Source: Botryllus schlosseri (taxonomy: Eukaryota). Taken from it: a stretch of 64,000 bases of DNA. The translations under genes and the position numbers were made by a program. How positions within the stretch are numbered: the stretch's first letter is position 1; each line of letters starts with the position of its first letter. The notes beneath the pieces are model-generated. The model had not been told where the DNA came from, did no database searches, and was given only the letters and a program-made list of their open reading frames with translations. Shown here piece by piece: positions 21,001 to 31,071 of the stretch. The stretch lies in assembly GCA_051294905.1 (NCBI GenBank), contig CM119382.1, positions 10,540,001 through 10,604,000 on the forward strand, given 5' to 3'.

Positions 21001-21887
21001 TTCACGTTTTTAATATAACATGAATGTCTTCCTTCTAAATGTACGTTAATTTTCAACCCCTCCCGAGCACCGTGTCGTAGTATATAACCGACTCCTTCTT
21101 TCAATGTGTAGACACAGATGGATACTTTAAGACATGACTCGACTTTATGTAAATCGGCCATGCATACCCCAGAATCAGGGTCCCCATATAAAGCGGAATA
21201 TTGTGCCACCAGAGAGAGCGTTTTAGACTGCAAGTCGCCATCACTATAGTCAACACCACAAAGCATAACAGCGACACAGCGGAATATACAGTAATTATCG
21301 TCATATGGTACACCACGTCGATTTTTCATTAAAGTTAAAATACTACGCGAATTCACAATAGACTTTGGTATTTCGATTGTACTACACCCAATTAATCTGA
21401 AGTCAGATTTGTACACATAAAAGGTCACGTTTGTGACTGCCAAGACAACAAATTTAGTATCGTCTCTTTGAAAGCGAGCACTCTCGAAGCCAGCGGCCAG
21501 GTCTATATCGTCTACAAATTGGTCAAAGTCACTGCGATTGGCAATCATTTTAGGTGTATCCAACATAACACCCGCGTTCTCGGACGCATGATAGTATCTC
21601 AATTCGCTTGTCTCAACATTATCAAGTATGTGGGCAAAAGCGTAATTGATTCGAAAACCATACTGTTGTGAGACGAAGATGTCCTGTAGATCGTTGATGA
21701 CGTCACTTGGGTTGCGGCCGAGTATACGGAAATTGTGTAGACTGCGTATACTGTGTGGTGCGAGAGTGGAGCTGCGAATGGAGTGCCAGTTTTCTTCCAC
21801 GATCTCGATCAGATTTTCAGGTATACCCAAGCTGCTTGGTTGTGCGAAATCAGACACAATTCTAACAAGGTGTCGTCGCCTAGACAT
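18012..21887 (-). CDS. Protein-primed family B DNA polymerase (pPolB)
   Basis: Exonuclease motifs FDYES, FNGSRYD and FPYNYF; polymerase motifs LDSNCLY, KDIGNSCIGK and YSDTDS; first likely Met MSRRR at 21887, preceded by a splice acceptor. Confidence 0.96.
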   Translation of the reverse strand: MSRRRHLVRIVSDFAQPSSLGIPENLIEIVEENWHSIRSSTLAPHSIRSLHNFRILGRNPSDVINDLQDIFVSQQYGFRINYAFAHILDNVETSELRYYHASENAGVMLDTPKMIANRSDFDQFVDDIDLAAGFESARFQRDDTKFVVLAVTNVTFYVYKSDFRLIGCSTIEIPKSIVNSRSILTLMKNRRGVPYDDNYCIFRCVAVMLCGVDYSDGDLQSKTLSLVAQYSALYGDPDSGVCMADLHKVESCLKVSICVYTLKEGVGYILRHGAREGLKINVHLEGRHSCYIKNVNSYCKNYSCETCHRLFSSKYYLDRHNCFKDIPNHYRGGMFKPEPTIFEALDELGIIVPKPSRFYPYNLVFDYESILQKGSTPNDTTNVHYVDCHIPAAVAFACNFPGYETPEVLISDGDPGALVARMMSRFELIQSECFEALCQQFHDVLERLDCIAEEMHTTEPDVKRMSPATLLKQRFLNYLSQLPVFSFNGSRYDIPLIIPYLVEYLSDPISIVKRGTSYMSLSTSRFRFLDVTLYLGAGTSYDAYIRCHNCASTKAFFPYNYFTDLSVLDEKSLPDHIHFYNKLKRSNITDEQYLWCQSKWAEHKMTTFRDYLSFYVSLDVGPLLEALTKHKQLFARYSIDMAKHGISLPSLASRLVFNSIPPVFTLLNQKYSHIHTLIRENLRGGLSVVSLRYAEAKVTKIKPQIYGDSALPVEQVLGLDSNCLYLDTLRSRLPGGYPCLWSPNEDFTLFSRTKTAPLYGKMAHQWLSYIAHCRGVKIQHQFNGPEHRIGLLQICIDGYYRTPQGPVALELFGCFHHGHGCELGASPDRQARWAATQRKIQYIQKVGYKLEYITECQWVIMRQRSDIAAFIQTLESSKMVKCRVLSSSKLLELVSKDQFFGAVEVDIHVPSHLKEHFSEFCPLFKHAYVSRDDIGPYMKAFAEQHGFLKRPRKFLIATLQATKTLLITPLLKWYLENGLIVTKIFQAIEFEPIECFNSLVDTITEARRRADDDPSQKPLGQFYKDIGNSCIGKTISNCTKYSDVKIVNRQKAMVLVNDSRFKSMIELSPDIFEVTMKLRKHVWNQPNHIGYFVYGYAKLALLRFHSYMSTYLLPRSIELLYSDTDSWYGAISSDSLLKVVQPEKQAEFFENFHKYFPAIACDEHRSEFLANPLSFNDKRACCKARNRYDQRTSGLFKIEAQSNIFVGLSAKTYYCNEDKYSCKGLSKVNKLTADIYRKVLFEKKPHGDINSGFVRKNASIFTYEQFRSALSHFYCKRIVESDGIHTRPLEL

Positions 21888-21997
21888 TCTGGAAACAAAA
21901 AACACAGAATCAATAACAGGTAGCACAAAACACACATTAATACATATGATATTACAGCATAAGCATGCAATAAAAACATGATAGCACACCAAAACAG

Positions 21998-22483
21998 TTA
22001 CGTATTTGTATAAAATTTCATGGTAGCTCTGGCAGCTGACATCTCTTTGAGAAAGGCAACTTTTGCACGCATGATGCGTTCCAAGGGTAATTGCATACGC
22101 AAATCCTGTCCATTCGACTGAGAGAGTATTTGCGAAATTTCTTGTTCTATCCGGTTATAATCTTGAGTGAATGTTTCATGAGAAGGAAAACTAGATCTCG
22201 AAAGTATATCATCCACTTCCCCCAGAATAGTGAACATCGCTTCCGATGGGGCGATTGAGATAGCCTCAACAATGGTCGCCTTGAGGTGCTCCATCATTCG
22301 TCTACTATATTTCCCAAACCTCTCACCCCCAGGTCTACGTCTGGATGGGAATGCAGGAGGTTGGGCTGGATTTTCTACATTTTCTGGAATATCATTTGCA
22401 GGGCTAATCGCATCGAGCAGGTCTACCGGATAACCACCTTCCATCAATTCTGGTATCCCGTTATCAGCCATAGTCATGAGCAA
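21998..22483 (-). CDS. Hypothetical 161-aa protein, possibly the 5' exon of pPolB
   Basis: Open ORF whose stop lies inside a GTAACT donor-like site. Confidence 0.6.
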   Translation of the reverse strand: MLMTMADNGIPELMEGGYPVDLLDAISPANDIPENVENPAQPPAFPSRRRPGGERFGKYSRRMMEHLKATIVEAISIAPSEAMFTILGEVDDILSRSSFPSHETFTQDYNRIEQEISQILSQSNGQDLRMQLPLERIMRAKVAFLKEMSAARATMKFYTNT

Positions 22484-22499
22484 AGATTTGTGATTATAA

Positions 22500-22850
22500 G
22501 CTCAATTTACACTTACTTATAGACACTGTAGCCACATGACAAAGCAGAAGAAGGTACGTAACACAGTTTAACAGTGCCAGCAAAACGCGGGAAGGCATTT
22601 TATGACCCTCCACTCGCCTTTTCCCCCAACCATTTGAATATACATACAAGCCTCTTTTTTCTCTTGTGCCATACTCGCATACCCAATTTACACTTACTTA
22701 TAGACACTGTGAGCCACATGACAATTGGAAGAAGGTACTTAACACAGTTAAATAGAGCCGGCAAAACTCGGCAAGAAATTTTATGACAATCTACTCGGCC
22801 TTTTTCCCCCAACCATTTGAATATAAATACAAGACTCTTTTTCTCTAGTG
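22500..22850. repeat. Two imperfect tandem repeats of about 180 bp in the divergent intergenic region
   Basis: CAATTTACACTTACTTATAGACACTGT...CCCCCAACCATTTGAATATA occurs twice (from about 22503 and 22684). Confidence 0.9.
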
Positions 22851-22875
22851 ACATACTTACAGGCATAATTACATC

Positions 22876-23583
22876 ATGGCATGTAAATACAACCCGTACG
22901 AAAATATTGCCAGGAAGCGCAAGCTAGATACTGACTTGAAACAGGCTGCCCCGTCTCATATCCCAAATTTTGACAATGCTACCAGTCTCTATGGCACGCA
23001 AGTCAGCTTCGATGGACGTGTACAACTGGCGTCGACCAGACGACATGGACCCAAGATGACTTATATGAAAGTCTTGATCACAGATGGTAAAAAATCTCTA
23101 CCAGGAGTGATATTCAATGACAAATTACTGGACTGCATCGAAACTGCATACAGACAAGGTCATACTATGACATTCTGTAACATCAAGATCACTGCTGACG
23201 CAAGAACTGATGCCCCGTCATTAATCATTGGTCGCAATTCTACTGCTACGAAGAGCAAAGCACGCTTACCCTGTCCAGAGATGGTTGAATTCCAGTACGT
23301 GTCCGCAGAAGATATCCAAAAAGGCTTGTATGATGACAAGATTGTTAATTACAGAGGTCTCTGTATTGCCACGGATTCTGAATCCATTGGCACAAACTCG
23401 GAGAGACAGCTACATTCATATGCACTAGTGAATGGTGACATTTCTGTTGATCTGAAAAATTGGGGTATTATACCGTTATTCACTGCTGACAAATATTATG
23501 ATGTCACCCATCTACGTGTACAAGTCCGATCAGGCAAACGTGAGCTGTTCTTACAAGACTATTCGCGTATTTGCAAAGAATGA
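22876..23583 (+). CDS. Putative tandem OB-fold ssDNA-binding (RPA-like) protein
   Basis: 235 aa; RKRK NLS-like motif; OB-like strands VLITDGKKSLPGVIF, VDLKNWG and YDVTHLRVQVRSGKRELFL. Confidence 0.6.
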   Translation: MACKYNPYENIARKRKLDTDLKQAAPSHIPNFDNATSLYGTQVSFDGRVQLASTRRHGPKMTYMKVLITDGKKSLPGVIFNDKLLDCIETAYRQGHTMTFCNIKITADARTDAPSLIIGRNSTATKSKARLPCPEMVEFQYVSAEDIQKGLYDDKIVNYRGLCIATDSESIGTNSERQLHSYALVNGDISVDLKNWGIIPLFTADKYYDVTHLRVQVRSGKRELFLQDYSRICKE

Positions 23584-24689
23584 ACTGTTTCATGTATGAA
23601 ATAAAGAAACATGTGATTATTTTGTTGACACTATTTATCAGAGATTAGGGTTGGTTATAGTTAACTTTCTAACCTGCCAGAATACATCATCCTTCAATAT
23701 CATACTCCTAGCTATCGTCTCGACTCAGCAATCTCACACGAGCGGTATGGAAAAGAGGTTATCAGATTGTAAAACCGCATGTTTGTGAGAGCACTATACG
23801 CAGTGATAATTAAAACAGAGCGAGACAGTACCGCAGTACATTAACAGAGGGAAAATCGGCGTGATACTTAATCAATACTCAACTCTCGCTTCCAGTATAG
23901 TGACCAAGCGACGACCGAGACCAATGTCCAACGTTTTCGAACAAAGAGAATAATTCCTCGACCCAGCGGGGTGTATTACAGGACAAAGGCGCTGTGTACG
24001 AGGCGACATGGCTGTTTTCGAAAGCGAGATTATCGATCCTCGGCATAGCAGGATGGATCACAAAACAAAAGGCGCTATGCAGTCTACGCGCCCGCATGTC
24101 ATTTTCGAAAGCGATATTGATCATCGTAAATTAGGTCTTGGACAAAGCAACGATAGCAGCGCGTCGTATAATACCCGAGCTAGGTAGTTATAGTATACTA
24201 TAAACCTGATCCTCGCACCGCCAACGAGCCGTAACCACAATTCTAATACCGCGACAATCCATACACAATTATACACCATACCGAGAGCTTTCAAGGTATC
24301 CGTCGACGGGCTTCGAGCGATTGTCGACACGTGATCCGTGCTCTGTGACCCGTAACAATAGCGGGCTTTATTTACATGGGTATTTTTTCATATTCTCGAG
24401 AACTCGAGTTGGCACGTATATTTATAACTATAACAGATCATCTCCCCTACCACAATCTCGGTCTATAAGCAGAGTACGATTCGCGTATGACACAGGCCGT
24501 GGGCGTCGCTTTGCACAACCGAGCGTATGGACACCTAAAACACGCACCAGGATATCTCTATCAGGAGAAAACTCTACGACAGACAACCACTACCAATCCC
24601 CATCATGCTATATATTATTATGCTACAGATAGATACATATTATTTTATTGTAAATAAAGGAAAATCCACTTTATCAATTCATCCGCCCG

Positions 24690-25221
24690 GCGTTGGCAAT
24701 CCACCTAAAACACGAACCGGGATCTCACATACGGATCCGGAGGAACAAATACTATACTGACGTCATGTTTGACGGACAAATATTTCCAAATCCCATCGTG
24801 TTTACACGCAATTGGATTAATCAACCCACCGCGGAACGACACGTCAAGACAGGAGAACTATACCGATTCGTCGGCGTGCACACCATTGAAATTAAATGTC
24901 AATCCATTGTTATTCGCGGGAAAATATAATATATATCAAATATACAAGTCTCGTGTCCAGAGGCGAGGTAGAATCAGGAGTGGAAAAGTACAAGTAGAAG
25001 TACTCCAGTCTGAGTACAAAGGTCAATCCAGATTCTTTGTTCGTTTTCTCTCAGTCAAGCCCCCTTTTTTAATTGCCGCACAGCCAGAAGGGAATTCCCC
25101 TTCGAGTATTGCTGCAAAACTGAGAATGAGCTAATTCTTACACTGTTTATTATATTGATAATCTTGGTTTGTTTAAGTAAATAGGGTGCATGCGGGCAAA
25201 TCGCCCATTTACCTAACTACT
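24690..25221. repeat. Polinton right TIR (532 bp)
   Basis: Reverse complement of 2667-3198. Confidence 0.95.
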
Positions 25222-25227
25222 AAGATG

Positions 25228-28200
25228 CATCTTTTGATCGAAACGCGCCCGCTTTATACTTCATTAACTAGTACGTATGGCCACATCGATTTCAGACGCT
25301 AAAGCCACCGCTAATACTTTACAACACTAATGCCTAACCTAACCTAATGCCTCCTATTTGTTGTTTGTTTTTGACTACGGAACTAAACACGTATTTTAAT
25401 TGACTCGGGAAGTGCAAATAACTTCATAAAAGCCCTGACTGATTCATTTGGTAGTCCTACGGTCGCGTTCCGTTGTCCAAATGAAACGATACTTCTCGGC
25501 TATGGTCAATCGCAATTGACGCTTTCATTCGGTTCTTCGGTCGATTATACGTTCAGTTTTGAGATCGCATCGCTGCCCTATTGCATAATTGGCGCGGACT
25601 GCCTTCGCCATTTTGATTGGACTCTAAACATGCGCGAGCGCACGATTAGGGATGAGCACAATCAAATAACGATCTCAGCCGTTTCGGACGTTCAGAAGGC
25701 AGGTTTGGTATCTAACATGACGTTACATTGTAAAAATTACAGCATCGCAGCACTGCTATCACGCTACCAATCAGTTTTTGATTCTGAACTCGACAGACCG
25801 CCTCTACATGAATTTGAATTTGATATACAGTTAACACATCACGCGTCATTTGTTGGATCGTTTAATCTGTCGATTCCCCTTACGCTATTGTACTAAACGT
25901 GTTACCTAAATAAAACTAAGCATGACTGTTGTACACAAAATTTCGACTTCTGGGACGACGCTTGACGGCGCCTTGGAATTTGCAAGATTATGACCTGTCA
26001 TTAATTTTCGCAGAAAACTAGCTGCACATTTTATATCAATTTTGCCTCAATGACTTCGCCATTGTCTTGATGACAATAGCGTGGTCTCGGTTTTCTTTCA
26101 TCTTTTGTTCTAAGTCTATATTCATTATTAGACTACCTTGCTTGATTTTTCATTGTGCAGATATGGTCGCCATGCAATTTTAGTGCATGGCTACTGATAT
26201 CTGGTCACAGATATCCGTGAAACATTTTTGTATACTCACGATTCTCTTAACATCACCTATGCCCATTACAGCTATACTTGGGGAACTCGTGAAGTTGGGG
26301 TACGGTTGAAGTACGGGGTCTGTAGGTCTTCGCTTTCGCTCCCGGGTCGTATATGTAATGCCGTGAGCACGGGGAAATTACGCTTCCAAGTAATTTTCCT
26401 TGTACTGGCTTTGATATCTCGCCAAACCGTTTTTAGATATGGGGACTGCTGGTGCGCGATTCAGCAATTCTAATGCGCATGGAATTTATGATTTGCAACC
26501 CCCCAGTTCAAACTCATACTATTTACTTTCACGATTGCATAACGAAGCAGAAGTAGAGTCCCGCCGACTCGCGTCTCGCCCGTGCGCCATTTTCTCGAAA
26601 TGATCCACTGACCGGACATTATCATACGGTTTTTGGATAAAATAATTATCCAGCGTTTAGGCAAATTATACCTAGAACACCGTTATTAAGGCGTATTCCA
26701 CCGGTCGATACGCCATTATTATTATTAATCAGCCTTCGAAGCACACGAAAGTAGCTGGGCGCACGTTTACATTTGCGATATGTTAGGTGTGCGTGCTGTG
26801 ATTATTACTTATTTGATTATTCTTTATCTTTCGATTCGTTAGCGGACCGAGTTATTGATTAGCCCGCGTCGACATGGCGATTTGATATCGACACTCGACT
26901 TAGTTCGCCAGCACAATGCACGTGTTTCGACATGCCTTGTTGACCCGTTTGGTTTTCATTTTTATTCTGCGTCATGTGTATGACGTCACTACTACAAGTA
27001 GAAGTAATTGCAACATATAGCGGTGCTAGGATTCCACCTACAGAGCTGATCCGCAATCTGCTTCGTTGCCTGCCATATGTGCATTTCGCAATTTTGTGTA
27101 TACGTTTGCTTGCTACCAGTGTGTTTAACATTTTATTTTGCTCGCCTGTTGTTAGTATCCAATTTGCGACTGCTGCCGGCTTGTCTTACAATTCCAGAAA
27201 CTCGTACCCGACATTCGTGCCGCCCCACCGAGAGTCGCGCTAGAGTACCGGATGCCGGAGACGCTCATTCGAACTTTCACCTGCTGCCGATACCAGAAAC
27301 TGCATCATCACTTCGAATTGGAACGCTACACCGATTGCGTCCTATAGCCGATCGCGCGCTGGCTACGAATGCGTTTCGTACCAGAAGATTATTACGGCTT
27401 CCGCGACGGTTTTCGCGTTTAACGAAAGTCGACCACCTCCGATCGAGGGTCGTGAAAAGGCATCTGAGCAGTTCCTGCAGGCAGGTTCCCGCCATCGGCG
27501 GTGTTATGAAATATTACGATGAGCATTGACATTGGTACAACCCGGCATCCTCGCGACCCCACCACGTTGAGATATTTTTATTTTCGCCTATCCCACGTGG
27601 AAAGCACATTTTGCGTGCTCGACTGATTATGGCGGCACATTCGAATGGAATTTTGATTAACAGACGTTTCTCGCAACCATTTCGCAGCATGTCTTTGTTC
27701 TGCCTGGATATTTCCCATCGCTTTTTACAATTTTTCTCCCATCGCATCAACACTTACCGCCGCTCCCTTAAGCTTTATTCGATTATTAACTCCCAGCGGT
27801 TATGGAAATTAGAACATTGGTGGTTCACAATAACACACAACTGGTTGCTCTATTTTTCGTTCGTAAATAGGGTCACCACATCCTTCCCACACTAATTATC
27901 CATTCGTCTCAGTCGATTATGAATTAAGTGCGGCGGTAGTGCCCTATATTACAGCGGTTGGCGGCAACTTCTAATCCCTTGTCGATCTCCGCCATTCGCT
28001 TCCCTTGCCCTTACCTTTCTCTTCTCTCATTTAAATAAAACATCAAAAAAAACTTTTTTTGTTGCCTTTTCCAACCATCATGTAGTTGTATGCAATTGTA
28101 TCTTGGACCACGGGATTTGACCTCACATGATAACCATCCGCTGCAATCAATCCATACATTATGTATTTAACTGTATTGCGATTATTTCATTTTGTACTTG

Positions 28201-28268
28201 CATCCCCTGTTACATTTAGTAACCTATACGATTTGATTATCGCTATCACTCCCTTTTAGATGGGACAG
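25228..28268 (+). pseudogene. Degenerate Gypsy gag-pol remnants
   Basis: Protease LIDSGS (about 25395) and IIGADCL (about 25590); RT-like CLDDNSVVS (about 26060); RHFLE (about 26585); integrase-like SIDIG and TDYGGTFE (27520-27650); many stops and frameshifts. Confidence 0.7.
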
Positions 28269-28606
28269 TGTGGATAGGCTCTAGCTCCCTCTCTCCTATC
28301 TGTATGGAGGAATACCACATCACGTGACTTATCGCACAGTTATAACCGAGCGCATATCGCATATTAGCCCCTTTTGATATGAGACTCAACGTACGCCGTA
28401 TAACCTACTGCTTGAAGTAACCATCCGTCCAATACATATGGAAAAGGCAATTGTCGTCTATTGAACTACCAGTCAAAGAGCTACACGCAGGACGTCGTTC
28501 GTATCCGCTAATGCCAGATAAGGATATTGTAAGCCGCTATCCATGACATACGGACTTGCGGTATATACCATCGCAGAATATCGGACAGACAGCTCCTTTC
28601 ACCGCA
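28269..28606 (+). repeat. 3' LTR
   Basis: Direct repeat of 1641-1978, preceded by the short purine-rich tract AGATGGGACAG. Confidence 0.92.
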
Positions 28607-29214
28607 CTACCGATATTTCCCCATTAACAAGTTATACAGCAGTAGCCAACACCTCAATCGCACGGATTTGGTTTTAATGATGCAGTAAAAATATGAAGTC
28701 AAGATTAACCCCGTACGCCTGCTAGATTTTTTACATCAGAAAACGATATCAATCTCATTGATTGGTTGAATAAGCATCATTCGCTGACTATATGTATTTC
28801 GCTCGCGATGTTGTGTGATTGCGGGTCAAGCTCGCAGCAGCGAGTCAATAAATATTCTCCAACGGAGAGCTGGCTATTCCGAGCAAACTTTTGTAACAAA
28901 GCAAGTAAAACTTTTGAGATTGTCAAGGTGCATGCTCGTTTAATGTTGATTTTTTTATGCTGCCAGCGCCATGCACAGAGTGGCCCGCAGTTGAAATGCA
29001 ATAAATTGGAATCAAAGATGTTATAATGAAGTGAAAATTGTAATATATGAAAAAGGTTCACAGTGCAGAACCTACCAAGGTTCTGTTGTGAACGCGAACC
29101 TCTAAATTTCAGAGGTTCACACACAGAACGCGAACGTGAACCTCACGTTCACACCATCCCTAGTTACCATATTTCTGTGACCATAGAAAACTGTTTTCTA
29201 TGTTGTGACTATAG

Positions 29215-29791
29215 AATGTAAACGTGGAATGGCAGCGACCGATTTTGCAGCGTCGTTCCGCTTCGCTGAAGCTTTACTCAGACTTATTTTACGGCAGCTA
29301 CTGTAGGATTTCTGGCAATCCAAAAGTTGTCTTCCAGAGCTCAGAATTTACTGAATCTGGTCTTGTTCGAAAGCTACTGTCGCACTGATTCCGAAAATGT
29401 AAATAAACCTATGATCAGGCACTGAACCGCTTAGAATTCGCCCTCCAAGTCTGAATTATCGGCATTGTCCGAACAATCGAAGAGCCGCAATGGGTCATTG
29501 TTATGGTCATTGTTTTGCGGTCATCCGATTGTTCTGAACAATGCAGATTTTAGATGTTGAGGGTGATTTATCATCTCAGTACGGTGCTTCACCATATTTT
29601 GATTGGTATTTTCGAAATCAGTGCGACAGTAGCTTTCGATCAAGACCGGATTCAGTAAATTCCGAGCTCTGAAAGACAACTTTTGGATTGCCAGAAATTC
29701 TACAGTAGCTGCCGTAAAATAAGTCTGAGTAAAGCTTCAGCGAAGCGGAACGAAGCTGCAAAATCGGTCGCTGCCATTCCACGTTTACATT
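29215..29791. mobile_element. Fold-back MITE with inverted arms of about 180 bp
   Basis: AATGTAAACGTGGAATGGCAGCGACCG... inverted at about 29606-29791; no TSD identified. Confidence 0.75.
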
Positions 29792-31013
29792 GACCCAAAT
29801 TCCGGCAACTCTTTAGCGCCCACTAGTGGATTTTAAAATGAGTTATGACGTCACACTAGCAAAGCTTTGCTCATAGAACAGAGGTGGTCACGAACCGGTT
29901 CAGGAGTATGTGGCTGTGTGTTGTGTAACCGGGACCGAAAGCACATGTTTTCAGCCCCTTCCCGCCCAAATAATCAATGATTTTGAGCCCACCATAGGGT
30001 AGTCGATGTAACTTCTGGGACGGGTGGCTTGCTACATGAATCTGGTTTCTATAGGCATCTGGTCGTTAAATTTTTTGAATGAATTCTGTCAATAATATTG
30101 GTTGTTCTGTATATTACTAGATAGTTACTACTCTCCGCCCACATGATCAGAGTTAGCGGTAGAACTGGTTTGGATCATGAGTTTGAAAATACAGGGAGCG
30201 TAATTGTACATCCTTAAGTCGTGTTCATGCCCCACCGATAAGATCGTTTATCAGCCTTATGCCGGTGCGCACCACGGAGCTTTATAAACACCTCACATCC
30301 GGTGGTTTCCAACCTTTTATGGTCGCGACTCCATCTCCAATTTGAAAATGTTCCGTGGCCCAGATCAAAATTTGACGAGCTGATTACTAAAAGAAGTCAG
30401 CACCTTTGCCCAGACTTACTCACGGGCTATTTTGGAAGCTGATTACGTTCAACATATTCGCGAACCCCAGAATAAAGGCAAATGACCCCCACGTTTGGAA
30501 CCACTATCTTTGAATAAAGCATTTAAACGGCCTTTAGCGATCTCTAGGAATATACCGTTCTCCTATAATTGCGATTACAATTAGGCTTATTCCAGTGAAT
30601 GAAGGTTTTTTATTTTATTTATATTTTATTGCAGTTTTTGCGAGGGTGGTGTAGTCTTCATATTAAAACAATAAATATGGTAGTAAATCGCGCCCAGCGC
30701 GAAGAAAATTATCATGCATCAGCATAAATATTCCCAAAAATAATGTTTTTATGTTGATTTACGAAAAAATTATGAGCCTACGTCAAGTCTTCAAAATTCC
30801 GGACATTTGGCATATTTTAGAAATTCCTCCCGGACGCTAGTTTAAACAGTGAAATTCCGGACATGTCCGGGAAATTCCGGACGTATGGCAACCCTAGTAT
30901 AGAGACTCCTCTATAATGCCAGTCTGAAAGGTCCCGTCAAATAAAGCCTACTTGGAAATATTCTCTGCTTTACTTCTCATTCAGTGTGCATTCTTAATCT
31001 ATAGAGTATGACT

Positions 31014-31071
31014 ATAGAAAGTGACTAGTCACTTTCTAGTCACTAGTCACTAGTCACTAGTCACTTTCTAT
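31014..31071. repeat. 58-bp palindromic mini-element with TAGTCAC repeats and 9-bp flanking direct repeats
   Basis: ATAGAAAGTGACTAG..CTAGTCACTTTCTAT flanked by AGTATGACT at 31005-31013 and 31072-31080. Confidence 0.7.

Larger units (their letters stand above)
2667..25221 (-). mobile_element. Polinton/Maverick (adintovirus-like endogenous virus), nest level 4
   Basis: Termini AGTAGTTAGG...CCTAACTACT; 532-bp TIRs; 6-bp TSD AAGATG at 2661-2666 and 25222-25227; pPolB, INT, ATPase, PRO, MCP and penton genes. Confidence 0.97.
1641..28606 (+). mobile_element. Gypsy-like LTR retrotransposon with decayed coding region (nest level 3; about 4.4 kb without the Polinton)
   Basis: Two 338-bp TG..CA LTRs; 4-bp TSD CTAC at 1637-1640 and 28607-28610; gag, protease, RT and integrase remnants inside. 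Confidence 0.9.
1188..29162. mobile_element. hAT-type MITE of about 1 kb (nest level 2), inserted in the left TIR of level 1
   Basis: TIR TAGGGATGGTGTGAAC / GTTCACACCATCCCTA; 8-bp TSD GTTACCAT at 1180-1187 and 29163-29170; subterminal GTGAAC/GTTCAC motifs. Confidence 0.85.
1176..30896. mobile_element. Outer hAT-type non-autonomous element (nest level 1)
   Basis: Ends TAGGGTTACCATA / TATGGCAACCCTA, the same end family as 685-1054; 8-bp TSD GTATAGAG at 1168-1175 and 30897-30904. Confidence 0.8.

Noticed and set aside
21888-21992. N-terminal 35 codons of the 1326-aa pPolB ORF call
   Set aside because: The stretch begins at a non-ATG codon and is U-rich, ending in a 3' splice acceptor; it is more likely intron.
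23879-24632. Small ORFs between the OB-fold gene and the right TIR
   Set aside because: May be real accessory genes (one is hydrophobic), but no motifs or consistent splice structure could be established by eye.
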